39,745 nt of DNA from a virus. Of the stretch, positions 1 through 8,328 are shown one piece after another; positions within the stretch are counted from its first letter, which is position 1, and every line of letters starts with the position of its first letter. Location: IMG/VR virus record IMGVR_UViG_3300031466_000008; one strand, written 5' to 3'. A program made the translations under genes and the position numbers. The notes beneath the pieces are model-generated. The model saw nothing but the letters and a program-made list of their open reading frames with translations, searched no databases and was not told the origin of the DNA.

Positions 1-127
1 CGGAAGTATGCCGAAGCCTATATCGCGGCTCCACGGTCAAAAGAAGCGCATGCAGAGTTGGCTGTCGTCGAACTGCGGGAGAAGGAAGCACAGGCATACG
101 AAGACAGCAGGCGGTGGCGGAATGCGC
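1..127. repeat. Contig-end direct repeat, copy 1 (identical to 39619-39745)
   Basis: 127/127 identity read directly at the two window ends. This implies a circular or circularly permuted molecule with 39618 bp of unique sequence. Confidence 0.95.
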
Positions 128-234
128 TGGACAGTCTGACGGAAGAAATTCATGCCCTCAAACTCAAAATGCGGATCGACTTCGCGGCGGAGGTGACGGG
201 GTATGGAATGGCGTCCCGTCCCGAAACCGAGTAA
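1..234 (+). CDS. 3' part of a wrap-around hypothetical coiled-coil protein (continues the ORF that starts at 39436)
   Basis: Frame 1 is open from base 1 to TAA 232-234. Base 1 equals base 39619, which is codon position 1 of the ORF starting at ATG 39436. Confidence 0.75.
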   Translation, partial: RKYAEAYIAAPRSKEAHAELAVVELREKEAQAYEDSRRWRNALDSLTEEIHALKLKMRIDFAAEVTGYGMASRPETE

Positions 235-529
235 ACACAAGCGTGTGAAACTGACGCAGCGGCAATTGGGGGACATAAGCCCATCCGCAGACCGCGAGCT
301 GAAGGAACGATCAATGGGCATCTGCGAGCTCTGTGGACGCGCCAAGGCAACCGAGAGGGCGCACTTGACCGGGCGAAGGCATATCGACCACAAAACCACA
401 GCGCTTGACCTGGTGCATGTATGCACGCCTTGCCATAGATGGCTGGACGGGACACCCGAGGGAATACGCTGCCGGCGAATGATCGCCATGCTCATTGACT
501 ACGCCATAACATTGTTGACGGGGAGGTGA
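203..529 (+). CDS. Zn-finger nuclease-like protein (HNH / YbcO-NinG-like pattern)
   Basis: ICELCG...AHL..RRH....T...VHVCTPCHRWLD gives a CxxC...H...CxxCH arrangement. The position beside the recombination and replication genes fits. Confidence 0.55.
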   Translation: MEWRPVPKPSKHKRVKLTQRQLGDISPSADRELKERSMGICELCGRAKATERAHLTGRRHIDHKTTALDLVHVCTPCHRWLDGTPEGIRCRRMIAMLIDYAITLLTGR

Positions 530-536
530 TACCGAA

Positions 537-1271
537 ATGGCAGAACGGCGAATGGTCGGTAAGGTCATCAGTATCTCGGAAAAAGTGAATAGCCTGTCAT
601 TGTTCGGGCGCCTCCTGTACACGTGGATGATTCCGCATGCTGATGACTTCGGCCGTCTGCCTGGATCTCCTGCGAAGGTTCGTGCTCTTGTTGTCCCGAT
701 GGCCGATGAGACGGTGAAAGACGTCGAGCAAGCCCTTGCTGACATGCATGAACGCGGCCTCATTATCTGGTACGAAGTGAACGGCGAGAGGTTCATCCAG
801 ATTACCAACTTCGAGAAGCATCAGCAAGGACTTCATAAGCGCACCAAATCGAAATTCCCGGAACCACCCGACGAATTCCGGGAAATTCCCGGAAACTCCG
901 AAGAATTCCCTTTAGAACTAGAAGGGAATAAGAACAGAACTGAATATACACCTACTACTACTAATAACGCGCGAGACGAAGAAAAAGACGCGCAAGTGTT
1001 CCGGGTGTTCGAGCAAGAAGGGTTTGGGACTCTTTCGTCCGTCCTTGTTGACGACTTACGAGACATGATCGACACGTACAGCGCGGAATGGGTGATCCGC
1101 GCGATGCACGAAGCGGTGCGAAGCGGAAAGCGGAATTTGAAATACGTCGGCGCCATCTTGAAGCGCTGGAAAGCAGAAGGTGTTGACACTCCTTGGGAGG
1201 TGACGAAGGATGCAAAGCCTCGGGGAAGCCCTCAAAGGCGCATGGGCGAATTTGACTTCCTCTCCCTCTGA
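537..1271 (+). CDS. Replisome organizer / DnaD-domain replication initiation protein
   Basis: The C-terminal FEQEGFGTLSSVLVDDLRDMIDTYSAEWVIRAMHEAVRSGKRNLKYVGAILKRWKAEG looks like a DnaD/DnaB_2 domain. The N-terminus is phage replisome-organizer-like. Confidence 0.85.
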   Translation: MAERRMVGKVISISEKVNSLSLFGRLLYTWMIPHADDFGRLPGSPAKVRALVVPMADETVKDVEQALADMHERGLIIWYEVNGERFIQITNFEKHQQGLHKRTKSKFPEPPDEFREIPGNSEEFPLELEGNKNRTEYTPTTTNNARDEEKDAQVFRVFEQEGFGTLSSVLVDDLRDMIDTYSAEWVIRAMHEAVRSGKRNLKYVGAILKRWKAEGVDTPWEVTKDAKPRGSPQRRMGEFDFLSL

Positions 1272-2076
1272 TCAAGTGCATGTTTGCCCTTATTGCAATC
1301 AGGTGGTGCCGAAAAAGCGCCTTGTCGTCCTCGGTATCGAGAAAATCGTGCAGCCTGTCTGCCAGTGCGAAGTCGAAGCCTGGGAACGCGAGCAGGACGA
1401 AATGCAGGAGCGCTACCGGAAAGCCGAGGTTGAACGTAAGTTTGCGATCTCGTCACTCGGCGAACGATTCGAAAATTGCCGGTTTGAGACGTTTGCGAAA
1501 CGACCGGGGACAGAAAAAGCGTTCCGCCTTGCCTATGATTACGCTGAGCGGTTTGAACTGTACGGCGCTGAATCCCTCTTGATCTGGGGTGATCCGGGGA
1601 ACGGCAAGAGTCACCTTGCGGCGGCCGTCTGCCATGTTCTCAAGGCGCGTGGGAAAATCCCGGTGTTTCAAACGATGACGGAGCTGCTCGAAAGAATCAG
1701 AGCGACGTTCGGCCGGCAGGCGAAAGAGCATGAACGCGAGATCATGACCGCTCTCCAAGACTGCGACCTGCTGGTGCTGGACGATCTCGGGGCCGAGAAA
1801 GTGAGCGATTGGACGCTGGATGTGCTGTTCCGGATCATCGACGGTCGGTACAGGGCGAAAAAGCCGACGCTGTTTACGACGAACTTCTCGCCAACGGAAT
1901 TGCTGCACAGGTTTATGCCGGACAAGTCTTTGACGGAGCATGAGATCGCGGCCAGACGTATACACGATCGAATTTTGGAGGTGTCCGTGATCGTCGAGAA
2001 CAAAGCAACCAGCTACCGTCTCGAAGTCGCGCAGAACCGTGCAAAGCGAGCAGACCAACGGAGGCAATGGGCGTGA
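1210..2076 (+). CDS. DnaC/DnaI-like AAA+ helicase loader
   Basis: Walker A GDPGNGKSHL, Walker B LLVLDDLG and an N-terminal CPYC...CQC Zn motif. It follows the DnaD-like gene. The start may lie downstream of 1210. Confidence 0.9.
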   Translation: MQSLGEALKGAWANLTSSPSDQVHVCPYCNQVVPKKRLVVLGIEKIVQPVCQCEVEAWEREQDEMQERYRKAEVERKFAISSLGERFENCRFETFAKRPGTEKAFRLAYDYAERFELYGAESLLIWGDPGNGKSHLAAAVCHVLKARGKIPVFQTMTELLERIRATFGRQAKEHEREIMTALQDCDLLVLDDLGAEKVSDWTLDVLFRIIDGRYRAKKPTLFTTNFSPTELLHRFMPDKSLTEHEIAARRIHDRILEVSVIVENKATSYRLEVAQNRAKRADQRRQWA

Positions 2077-2321
2077 TTTACATTGCTTGCGAGGACATGG
2101 ACTTCCTGTGGAAAGAGCACGAAGTAGTCATGTTCGAAGAGATGTGGGTGCGCGGAGTACCGATTACCGAAATGGCGAAGATTTTCCGACGCAGTACAGA
2201 CGAGGTTTTCCTGCTCGCACTAGACCGAGCAAGGGCAGGAGCGATCCAAAAGCGAAGGGGTGGCATCTTTGGGGCAGATGGTCAGTCTGACAATATACGG
2301 CGAGCCCGTCGCACAAGGTAG
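2067..2321 (+). CDS. Small HTH-like protein
   Basis: ATG overlaps the loader stop. GVPITEMAKIFRRSTDEVFLLALDRA looks like a helix-turn-helix. The 3' end overlaps the rusA start. Confidence 0.5.
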   Translation: MGVIYIACEDMDFLWKEHEVVMFEEMWVRGVPITEMAKIFRRSTDEVFLLALDRARAGAIQKRRGGIFGADGQSDNIRRARRTR

Positions 2322-3000
2322 ACCGCGTTTTACAACGGCCGGCGGGTTCGTGCGGGCTTACGACCCAGCAAAGTCGCGGAATTACAAGGACTATATCAAA
2401 TTGGTCGCGAGCGAACACAAACCGGACAAGCCTCTTGAGGGTGCGCTTGAACTGCATGTTACGGTGTGTCGGTCGATCCCGAAGAGTTTCAGCCGACGCA
2501 AAGCAGAGGCGGCGGAACGCGGCGAAATCAGGCCCACCACAAAACCGGACGTTGACAACTACCTCAAGGGTGTCAAGGACGCACTCAAGGGCATCATTTG
2601 GTGGGATGATTCGCAAATCGTGCGGGTTGTGGCGGATAAGTTTTATAGTTTTAATCCACGCATTGAAATCGACGTAAGGGAGTTGGGAGGATGTGCAGAT
2701 ACACCACAGTCAAAGTTTGGCAGCTTACGCCGGAGCAGATCGCAAATTACAAGCCCGGCATGGACCTGGGCGAGCCGGATCGGATTGAATTCGCGCGATG
2801 TGTTGATCCCGAGTGGGCTGACTTTGACCCGCTCAAAAAACGCAAACGCAAAGGCATCCAGCTCGGAAGAAGGATCACGGAAGATGACTATCATCGGTTG
2901 CGTGAAGAAGGGTTGTTGGATTCGGAAATCGCGGACAGATTTAACATCGGGCTCGATACCCTCCACCGGTATAAAATGCTCTGGCGAAAGGAGCGGATAG
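2260..3000 (+). CDS. rusA: RusA-family Holliday junction resolvase (domain in the first ~140 codons; the ORF runs on ~110 codons without a stop)
   Basis: [16 protein letters not shown]...[27 protein letters not shown] are RusA motifs. The tail after ...[11 protein letters not shown] is S/R-rich and looks non-coding. Confidence 0.8.
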   Translation: MASLGQMVSLTIYGEPVAQGRPRFTTAGGFVRAYDPAKSRNYKDYIKLVASEHKPDKPLEGALELHVTVCRSIPKSFSRRKAEAAERGEIRPTTKPDVDNYLKGVKDALKGIIWWDDSQIVRVVADKFYSFNPRIEIDVRELGGCADTPQSKFGSLRRSRSQITSPAWTWASRIGLNSRDVLIPSGLTLTRSKNANAKASSSEEGSRKMTIIGCVKKGCWIRKSRTDLTSGSIPSTGIKCSGERSG

Positions 3001-3008
3001 CCAGATGA
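2691..3008 (+). CDS. Hypothetical protein with a C-terminal HTH
   Basis: AAGGGAG lies 8 nt upstream of ATG 2691. The composition is protein-like ([21 protein letters not shown]). It overlaps the rusA tail in another frame. Confidence 0.6.
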   Translation: MCRYTTVKVWQLTPEQIANYKPGMDLGEPDRIEFARCVDPEWADFDPLKKRKRKGIQLGRRITEDDYHRLREEGLLDSEIADRFNIGLDTLHRYKMLWRKERIAR

Positions 3009-3436
3009 ATCGTGTAATTCTGATCGGACGCCTGACCAAAGATCCGGAAATGAGATATTCCCCGCAAGGAGTAGCCTGCACTACCTTCGCTCTCGCCGTG
3101 GACCGACCGTTCACGAACGGAAACGGAGAGCGAGAAGCAGACTTCATCTCCATCGTCGTCTGGCGCAAACTGGCCGAGAATTGCGCGGAATATCTCCGAA
3201 AAGGCCGTCTGTGCGCCGTAGAAGGTAGAATCCAGGTGCGGCACTACGACAACAACGAAGGCAAAAGGGTGTACGTGACCGAGGTTGTGGCGGACAATGT
3301 GCGGTTTCTGGAACGGGCGCAAGAGAACAGCGGAAAGCAGAGCAAAAGCAACAACAGCATGAATTTGTACGGTGACGATTCGTTCCGGGGTGACGGGAAG
3401 CCAATTGAGATTTCGGAAGACGATCTGCCGTTTTGA
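3005..3436 (+). CDS. ssb: Single-stranded DNA-binding protein
   Basis: [18 protein letters not shown]...[13 protein letters not shown] is an OB fold, and the acidic C-terminal tip is DDLPF. Confidence 0.95.
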   Translation: MNRVILIGRLTKDPEMRYSPQGVACTTFALAVDRPFTNGNGEREADFISIVVWRKLAENCAEYLRKGRLCAVEGRIQVRHYDNNEGKRVYVTEVVADNVRFLERAQENSGKQSKSNNSMNLYGDDSFRGDGKPIEISEDDLPF

Positions 3437-3448
3437 TGGGGTGATAGA

Positions 3449-3700
3449 GTGAGAACTATCACTTTCCAAGAATCCGTCCAATTGGTCCAAGAAATCCTAT
3501 CTCAACCCCCCGGAAACTGGACACACCTTCTGAAAGGTAAGCCTGTTCGGGAAGTGGAGCGTTGCATCGTAAGTAGTCATGGGTTTGAGATTGTATTTTT
3601 CCGAGCGGAAGATTATTGCGGACGGTGGAATGCGGATCAATTCGACAAATATGCGGTTCCGTATGTTCCGCCTCCGGAACAACTGGAGATGCAGTTTTGA
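3449..3700 (+). CDS. Hypothetical protein
   Basis: GTG start, fills the gap, no recognisable motif. Confidence 0.55.
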   Translation: MRTITFQESVQLVQEILSQPPGNWTHLLKGKPVREVERCIVSSHGFEIVFFRAEDYCGRWNADQFDKYAVPYVPPPEQLEMQF

Positions 3701-3712
3701 GGGGGGTGTGAC

Positions 3713-4123
3713 ATGACCGCACCACGCATATTGCACTACCCCGGATCCAAATGGAGCATGGCTGAATGGATCATATCGTTCATGCCGCCGCATCAGACAT
3801 ATTTGGAACCGTACTTTGGATCCGGGGCGGTGTTCTTCTCGAAGGAGCCGAGCCCACTGGAAACCATCAACGACATCGATGGCGACGTGGTCAACCTGTT
3901 CCGCGTGATCCGCGACCGTCCCGAAGAGCTGGCGCGGCTGGTGTACTGGACGCCGTATAGCCGCGAAGAATATTACAACTCCTACCAAGCGGGGGGGGGG
4001 AGTTGGACGAGATGGAGAGAGCGCGGCGTTTTCTGGTGCGGTGCTGGATGGCGCGTGGCACAAAGACAAGCGATCGGACGGGATGGCGGCACATCATCGA
4101 CCACAGTGGGCCTAGCGTGGTGA
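3713..4123 (+). CDS. dam: DNA adenine methyltransferase (D12/Dam class), N-terminal fragment ending after a frameshift
   Basis: HYPGSKW and EPYFGSGAVF (motif I). The frame leaves sensible sequence right after the G10 run at 3991-4000. Confidence 0.85.
   Translation: MTAPRILHYPGSKWSMAEWIISFMPPHQTYLEPYFGSGAVFFSKEPSPLETINDIDGDVVNLFRVIRDRPEELARLVYWTPYSREEYYNSYQAGGGSWTRWRERGVFWCGAGWRVAQRQAIGRDGGTSSTTVGLAW
3991..4000 (+). repeat. G10 homopolymer at the dam frameshift point
   Basis: Ten consecutive G read directly. The N- and C-terminal dam frames meet here. Confidence 0.95.
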
Positions 4124-4524
4124 AGGCGTGGAACGAGCTGCCCGGGAAGATTGCAGAAATTGCGGAACGACTCAAAAACGTCCAGCTGGAGCAACAACCG
4201 GCGATACAACTGATTCAGCGTTACAAGCGGCCTGACGTGCTGATCTACGCCGATCCGCCTTATCCGCTCGAAACGCGCAGCGGCCGCATGTACAAGCACG
4301 AAATGACCGACGCTGACCACGCCGAGCTGCTCGACGTGTTGGACGAGCATCCCGGCCCGGTGCTGCTATCCGGGTATGCGAACGAACTGTACGACACCCG
4401 GCTGCGGCATTGGCACCGGGAAGAACGGAAAGCTTTGGCCGAGGCTGGGCGGATCCGTACTGAAGTCCTCTGGATCAATCCGATTGCAGCGGAACACTGC
4501 GGCCGGCAACTGACTTTATTTTAG
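4003..4524 (+). CDS. dam: DNA adenine methyltransferase (D12/Dam class), C-terminal fragment
   Basis: ERARRFLV..., catalytic DPPY in LIYADPPYPL, and LLSGY. It sits in the -1 frame (frame 1 versus frame 2) relative to the N fragment. Confidence 0.85.
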   Translation: MDEMERARRFLVRCWMARGTKTSDRTGWRHIIDHSGPSVVKAWNELPGKIAEIAERLKNVQLEQQPAIQLIQRYKRPDVLIYADPPYPLETRSGRMYKHEMTDADHAELLDVLDEHPGPVLLSGYANELYDTRLRHWHREERKALAEAGRIRTEVLWINPIAAEHCGRQLTLF

Positions 4525-4537
4525 TCGAGGTGGTTGA

Positions 4538-5074
4538 ATGAAAAACGTATTCGAGATTCGAGGTGATATAACCACCATAATTCTAAAAAGTCCAAAATAC
4601 GGGATTATGGAAACCTTGATAAGTACAAGCAAACTTGAAAGAGCGATGATGTTTCCTGGAACGTGGGGTGTTGCGAAGAATAAGAGTGGTTTTTATGTAC
4701 AAGGTCAAAGTTATGAAAACGGCAAGGAAAAGACAATTTATCTTCATCGTTTTATTACCAACGCTCCTCCCGGTTATTCTGTCGATCACATTAACCGTAA
4801 CCCACTCGACAATAGGGATGAAAATTTGAGAATTGTGACACATGCAGAGAACTTGCAAAACCAAAAAGTCAGAGTTGACAACAGAACAGGATATCGGGGC
4901 GTTACGTACATGAAGGAATTTAACAAATACCGCGCGAGGATAAGGGTTAACGGTGAATACATCTATTTGGGGTATTACGATACAGCAGAAGAGGCCGCAG
5001 AAGTCGCATCGCAAGCAAGATCGAAAATGATGCCTTTTTCACAAGATGCGAATTACAGAGGGAAAATGGCATGA
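4538..5074 (+). CDS. HNH homing endonuclease with a C-terminal AP2 DNA-binding domain
   Basis: LHRFI...VDHINRNPLDNRDENLRIVTHAENLQN (HNH_3) followed by GYRGVTY...YRARIRVNGEYIYLGYYDTAEEAA (AP2). The gene is visibly AT-richer than its flanks. Confidence 0.9.
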   Translation: MKNVFEIRGDITTIILKSPKYGIMETLISTSKLERAMMFPGTWGVAKNKSGFYVQGQSYENGKEKTIYLHRFITNAPPGYSVDHINRNPLDNRDENLRIVTHAENLQNQKVRVDNRTGYRGVTYMKEFNKYRARIRVNGEYIYLGYYDTAEEAAEVASQARSKMMPFSQDANYRGKMA

Positions 5075-5096
5075 AATTTTGATGGAGGGAAAACCA

Positions 5097-5327
5097 ATGG
5101 GCGACTATCGACGCGAGATCGAATATTTCCACCGCATGTGGGCGAAAAACACGCCCAAATGTCCCGGATATGGGGAAGCGGCGGGAAGGTGTGACGGCAT
5201 ACCTCTGGATGGTCGAAGATACTGCTTTGACTGTGCTGTTCGGGAGCGTGAAGACGAACGGCGCAAATTGCCCGACGAACAACAAGCATACGGCAACGAT
5301 TGCCGGGACGGGCGGTGTGAGGTGTGA
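5097..5327 (+). CDS. Small Cys-rich protein
   Basis: GGAGGG RBS before ATG 5097. CPGYG...C...CFDC. Ends in YGNDCRDGRCEV. Confidence 0.5.
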   Translation: MGDYRREIEYFHRMWAKNTPKCPGYGEAAGRCDGIPLDGRRYCFDCAVREREDERRKLPDEQQAYGNDCRDGRCEV

Positions 5328-5330
5328 GCA

Positions 5331-5600
5331 ATGACGCTGGAAGAGATCATCAAGAAATGTGATCAGCAGATAAGTATCGTCGGCGAAAATGCGTCGGTTG
5401 GCCTCCTGATTCCGTGTCGATGGGGAAAGGCGAGTACTCGGCGACTGTGGGGCGGACCTGTTGGGAAGATCGTCATGGAATTGGAAGGATTGGTCTACGT
5501 CGTGTTTTCGGCGGTGGAACTCAAAGAGGCGGTGCAGAAGATTTTGGACGAATCCACCGTCTACGGCATCGACTGCCGGGACGAGAAATGTGAGTGGTGA
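5331..5600 (+). CDS. Hypothetical protein
   Basis: ATG 5331. Ends in YGIDCRDEKCEW, the same C-terminal motif as the preceding ORF. Confidence 0.55.
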   Translation: MTLEEIIKKCDQQISIVGENASVGLLIPCRWGKASTRRLWGGPVGKIVMELEGLVYVVFSAVELKEAVQKILDESTVYGIDCRDEKCEW

Positions 5601-5604
5601 AACA

Positions 5605-5766
5605 ATGAGTAAAAAATGCGAGTGCGGACGGACGTTGTGCGATCTGTGCGAAGAAAAAGCGGCACGGTTTGTGATGGAGAACCGATATAACGGGAACACG
5701 CTGAACGTTTGCGTCGAGTGCTACATGGAGATTTGGGGCGAGAAAGGAGCGAATCCAAGTGAGTGA
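5605..5766 (+). CDS. Small Cys-rich (Zn-ribbon-like) protein
   Basis: MSKKCECG..CDLC....CVEC. The internal ATG of the 5461 ORF lies just after the previous stop. Confidence 0.45.
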   Translation: MSKKCECGRTLCDLCEEKAARFVMENRYNGNTLNVCVECYMEIWGEKGANPSE

Positions 5767-6064
5767 ATACCTGAGCAAGAAAGCGGTGTTGGAGTGGCTA
5801 AAAAAACGCCTTGATGAAACGCAGTTTGTGAGAGAAGCATATGCGTTGGCTGAGATTATTGCCAAGATCGAGTGCGGCCGTTTCGACGACGACCAAACCG
5901 AAGTCCAGCGGCTTCGGGATGCGTTGGATTGGGTGAAACGGCGATTTGAAGAAGAATGGACGTATGAACTTGGAACCGGTGAAGTAGTAGAAGAAATCAT
6001 AGTGAAATTTGAAGAAGCCCTCTCCGGGGCGCGGGAAAAGGAGGAACCGAACCATGACACGTGA
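5759..6064 (+). CDS. Hypothetical acidic protein
   Basis: GTG start overlapping the previous stop. Helical composition. Confidence 0.55.
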   Translation: MSEYLSKKAVLEWLKKRLDETQFVREAYALAEIIAKIECGRFDDDQTEVQRLRDALDWVKRRFEEEWTYELGTGEVVEEIIVKFEEALSGAREKEEPNHDT

Positions 6065-6131
6065 TGAAGTGTTGGAACTGAAGCCGGGGCGAGAGTTGGA
6101 TGTGCTGGTTATCTTCTGGCGGTGATGGATA

Positions 6132-6494
6132 TTGAATAGAGCAGGAGAGCGGAATTACGAGCGATTCCCGTACCGATACGACGAGGACGGAATGCCCCTT
6201 TGCCGCATGTGCGGGAAACGATTGGACCACAAACTGCGGACATTCTGCGGCCAACGTTGTGTTCGTGACTTCAAAATGAAAACGGATTGGCAAAGAGTGC
6301 GGCGTGTAGTTTACGAACGAGACGGCGGAATCTGTATGAAGTGCGGAAAACGGGTTGATCGGAAAAACTATCACGTTGATCACATTGTCCCGATCAAAGC
6401 TGGCGGGGATGAATGGGATCTGGACAACCTAGAGTTGTCTTGTCCGGAATGCAATCTGAAAAAAGGAGCGAAAGTGGAAGTGGTGGAGGGATGA
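6132..6494 (+). CDS. HNH endonuclease
   Basis: CRMCGK...FCGQRC then ERDGGICMKCGK....HVDHIVPIKAGGDEWDLDNLELSCPECNLKKG. Confidence 0.85.
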   Translation: MNRAGERNYERFPYRYDEDGMPLCRMCGKRLDHKLRTFCGQRCVRDFKMKTDWQRVRRVVYERDGGICMKCGKRVDRKNYHVDHIVPIKAGGDEWDLDNLELSCPECNLKKGAKVEVVEG

Positions 6495-6901
6495 CCATGG
6501 ACAAGGAAAAGAAGATCGAGGAGATTAGGGGAGCGTTGAAAAAGATCGACCGTGGCGATTTTTCCGAGATCGCAGGGGCGCATGGGAAAGCAGGCGAATG
6601 GCTTCGGTTCCTGCTGGACGAACTGATAAAGACGCGCAATAGTTGGCTTTCTCCTGATACATCACAAAGGCTGATTGAAGACCTCATAGACAAAGTCGAG
6701 CGGATCAATAAGATGACGGAGGAACGAGACAAGCTGATCGAGGTGTTGCGGTGGTATGGGGATAGAGAAACATACGATGGGAACGTTGAATGGGATGATG
6801 ATGGAAATATTATTTGTGCAGAGTGGCCGCCCATTAACGTTGACAACGGACAACGCGCACGCGACATCCTGAAAGAAATCGGGGTGACGGTAGATGCCTG
6901 A
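6491..6901 (+). CDS. Hypothetical protein
   Basis: ATGA start/stop overlap with the HNH gene. GGAGGG RBS. Confidence 0.55.
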   Translation: MTMDKEKKIEEIRGALKKIDRGDFSEIAGAHGKAGEWLRFLLDELIKTRNSWLSPDTSQRLIEDLIDKVERINKMTEERDKLIEVLRWYGDRETYDGNVEWDDDGNIICAEWPPINVDNGQRARDILKEIGVTVDA

Positions 6902-7100
6902 ATTTACCCAGTTGCAGAAAGAAATCATCCGGTATATCCGCCGTGAACGTATCGCCATGCGCGAGGACATCATTCGTGATGTTTCGTATGACGCCTGCTG
7001 CACGAGGAAAGAAGTACAAGAACAGTTGTCCTATCTGCGAAAACACGGTTATGTTTGGCGGATTCCGGAGGGCTGGTATGAGACGGACGTTGACATTTAA
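6894..7100 (+). CDS. Hypothetical small (winged-helix-like) protein
   Basis: Tightly packed ORF. KEVQEQLSYLRKHGYVWRIPEG. Confidence 0.55.
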   Translation: MPEFTQLQKEIIRYIRRERIAMREDIIRDVSYDACCTRKEVQEQLSYLRKHGYVWRIPEGWYETDVDI

Positions 7101-7294
7101 TGATGCGGGGTGACGGTGGAATGACCATCAGAACACCGTGGTTTGAGATTCGCATTCTGTCGCGCCGGAGCGCGATCATGGACGAATACCGAAGAAACGG
7201 AAAGCTGGCGGCGGTGGGACTGGCCCGCCGCTGGCTCCGGCTATCACCGGGTGATGCGGTGGAATACGTGAACAAATTGGAAGGGGAAAGGTGA
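7100..7294 (+). CDS. Hypothetical protein (alternative start ATG 7121)
   Basis: Fills the gap. No motif. Confidence 0.45.
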   Translation: MMRGDGGMTIRTPWFEIRILSRRSAIMDEYRRNGKLAAVGLARRWLRLSPGDAVEYVNKLEGER

Positions 7295-7301
7295 CGGTGG
7301 A

Positions 7302-7523
7302 ATGAACTGGATCAGCGTCAATGAGCGACTACCTGAAATCGGCGATACTGTGTTGGTGTACTATCGGCGCGGCGACTATAGGGGAGCGGATATCATGCGA
7401 TACATTGGCCGCTGGCTGACTGTTGACCCATTGGTGGAGGTCACCCACTGGATGCCGCTACCGGAGCCGCCGAAGGAGAGCGGGAGGGAGAAAACGGATG
7501 AAAATGGACGTAACAACCGCTAA
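7302..7523 (+). CDS. DUF551-domain protein
   Basis: WISVNERLPE......VTHWMPLPEPP signature. Confidence 0.8.
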   Translation: MNWISVNERLPEIGDTVLVYYRRGDYRGADIMRYIGRWLTVDPLVEVTHWMPLPEPPKESGREKTDENGRNNR

Positions 7524-7836
7524 TAAGCTGAAGGAAATGTACAACCAATATGTTGGATCGGATGACAGCAAATCTCGCGGTGTTGCGATGGGGATTATGT
7601 TGGCTGCTGAAGTGCTCGGAATAGACGTTAAGGAGCCGATCATAGACCCGGTGATTAAACCCGGTGACGTTGTACGGCACAAGAAGGATCACAACCTTGT
7701 CCTCGGGGTGGTGCGCAGAATCGCGAAAAACGGATTAAGGGCATACGTCACATGGGATCAAACAGATAACCCCAAATTGTTGTGGTCTGTTAGTGCTTAT
7801 TACCGCCTTGATCTGCTAGAGAAAGTGGAGGGGTGA
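7498..7836 (+). CDS. Hypothetical protein
   Basis: GGGAGGGAG RBS before ATG 7498. Confidence 0.55.
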   Translation: MKMDVTTANKLKEMYNQYVGSDDSKSRGVAMGIMLAAEVLGIDVKEPIIDPVIKPGDVVRHKKDHNLVLGVVRRIAKNGLRAYVTWDQTDNPKLLWSVSAYYRLDLLEKVEG

Positions 7837-7978
7837 GACGTGCGAATGCCTCTTGTTGATTATATTCGATACTTTCCGATGGCTCTAAAAGCATGGTTGA
7901 GGCGGTGAGGACATGGCGTGGATTGAATTACATCAGAGTCTTTGGACGCACAAGAAGACATTTAAGGAGCGGTGAAGC

Positions 7979-8311
7979 GTGAACGAACAACAAGCCATTG
8001 AGCTGCTCTCCAGCTACCGCCAGAAGCAGGCCCGGCTGCAGGTGCTGTCGACGTACAGTGTCGGCGCCGGAATCACCGTCAGCCGCCTCAACGAGGACGA
8101 TCACCTGCAGGAGCTGCATCGCAAGCTGCGCGGGCTGCCGAGCTACATGTACCTGAGCAAGCGAGAACAACAGCTGGAGACCGTGGCACATGCCTATCTC
8201 GAGCGCTACCCGGCCGGCACCCGGTCGCAGCTGGCGGCGGTGCCGCGTGAGGGCGCGGACGTCACCCACTGGATGCCGCTGCCGGAGCCGCCGGACGCAA
8301 AAGACAGATAA
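7979..8311 (+). CDS. Hypothetical protein with a DUF551-type C-terminal tail (chimeric)
   Basis: GTG start. The C-terminus DVTHWMPLPEPP is encoded by a 33-bp repeat of 7440-7472. Confidence 0.55.
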   Translation: MNEQQAIELLSSYRQKQARLQVLSTYSVGAGITVSRLNEDDHLQELHRKLRGLPSYMYLSKREQQLETVAHAYLERYPAGTRSQLAAVPREGADVTHWMPLPEPPDAKDR

Positions 8312-8328
8312 AAGAGGGGTGACGGGGA

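Noticed and set aside
1-127. Biological direct terminal repeat (DTR packaging)
   Set aside because: The exact length of 127 matches a common assembler k-mer. An ORF crosses the junction seamlessly. The packaging module (HNH, P27-like TerS and an HK97-type head) points to cos ends elsewhere. A DTR cannot be fully excluded without read data.
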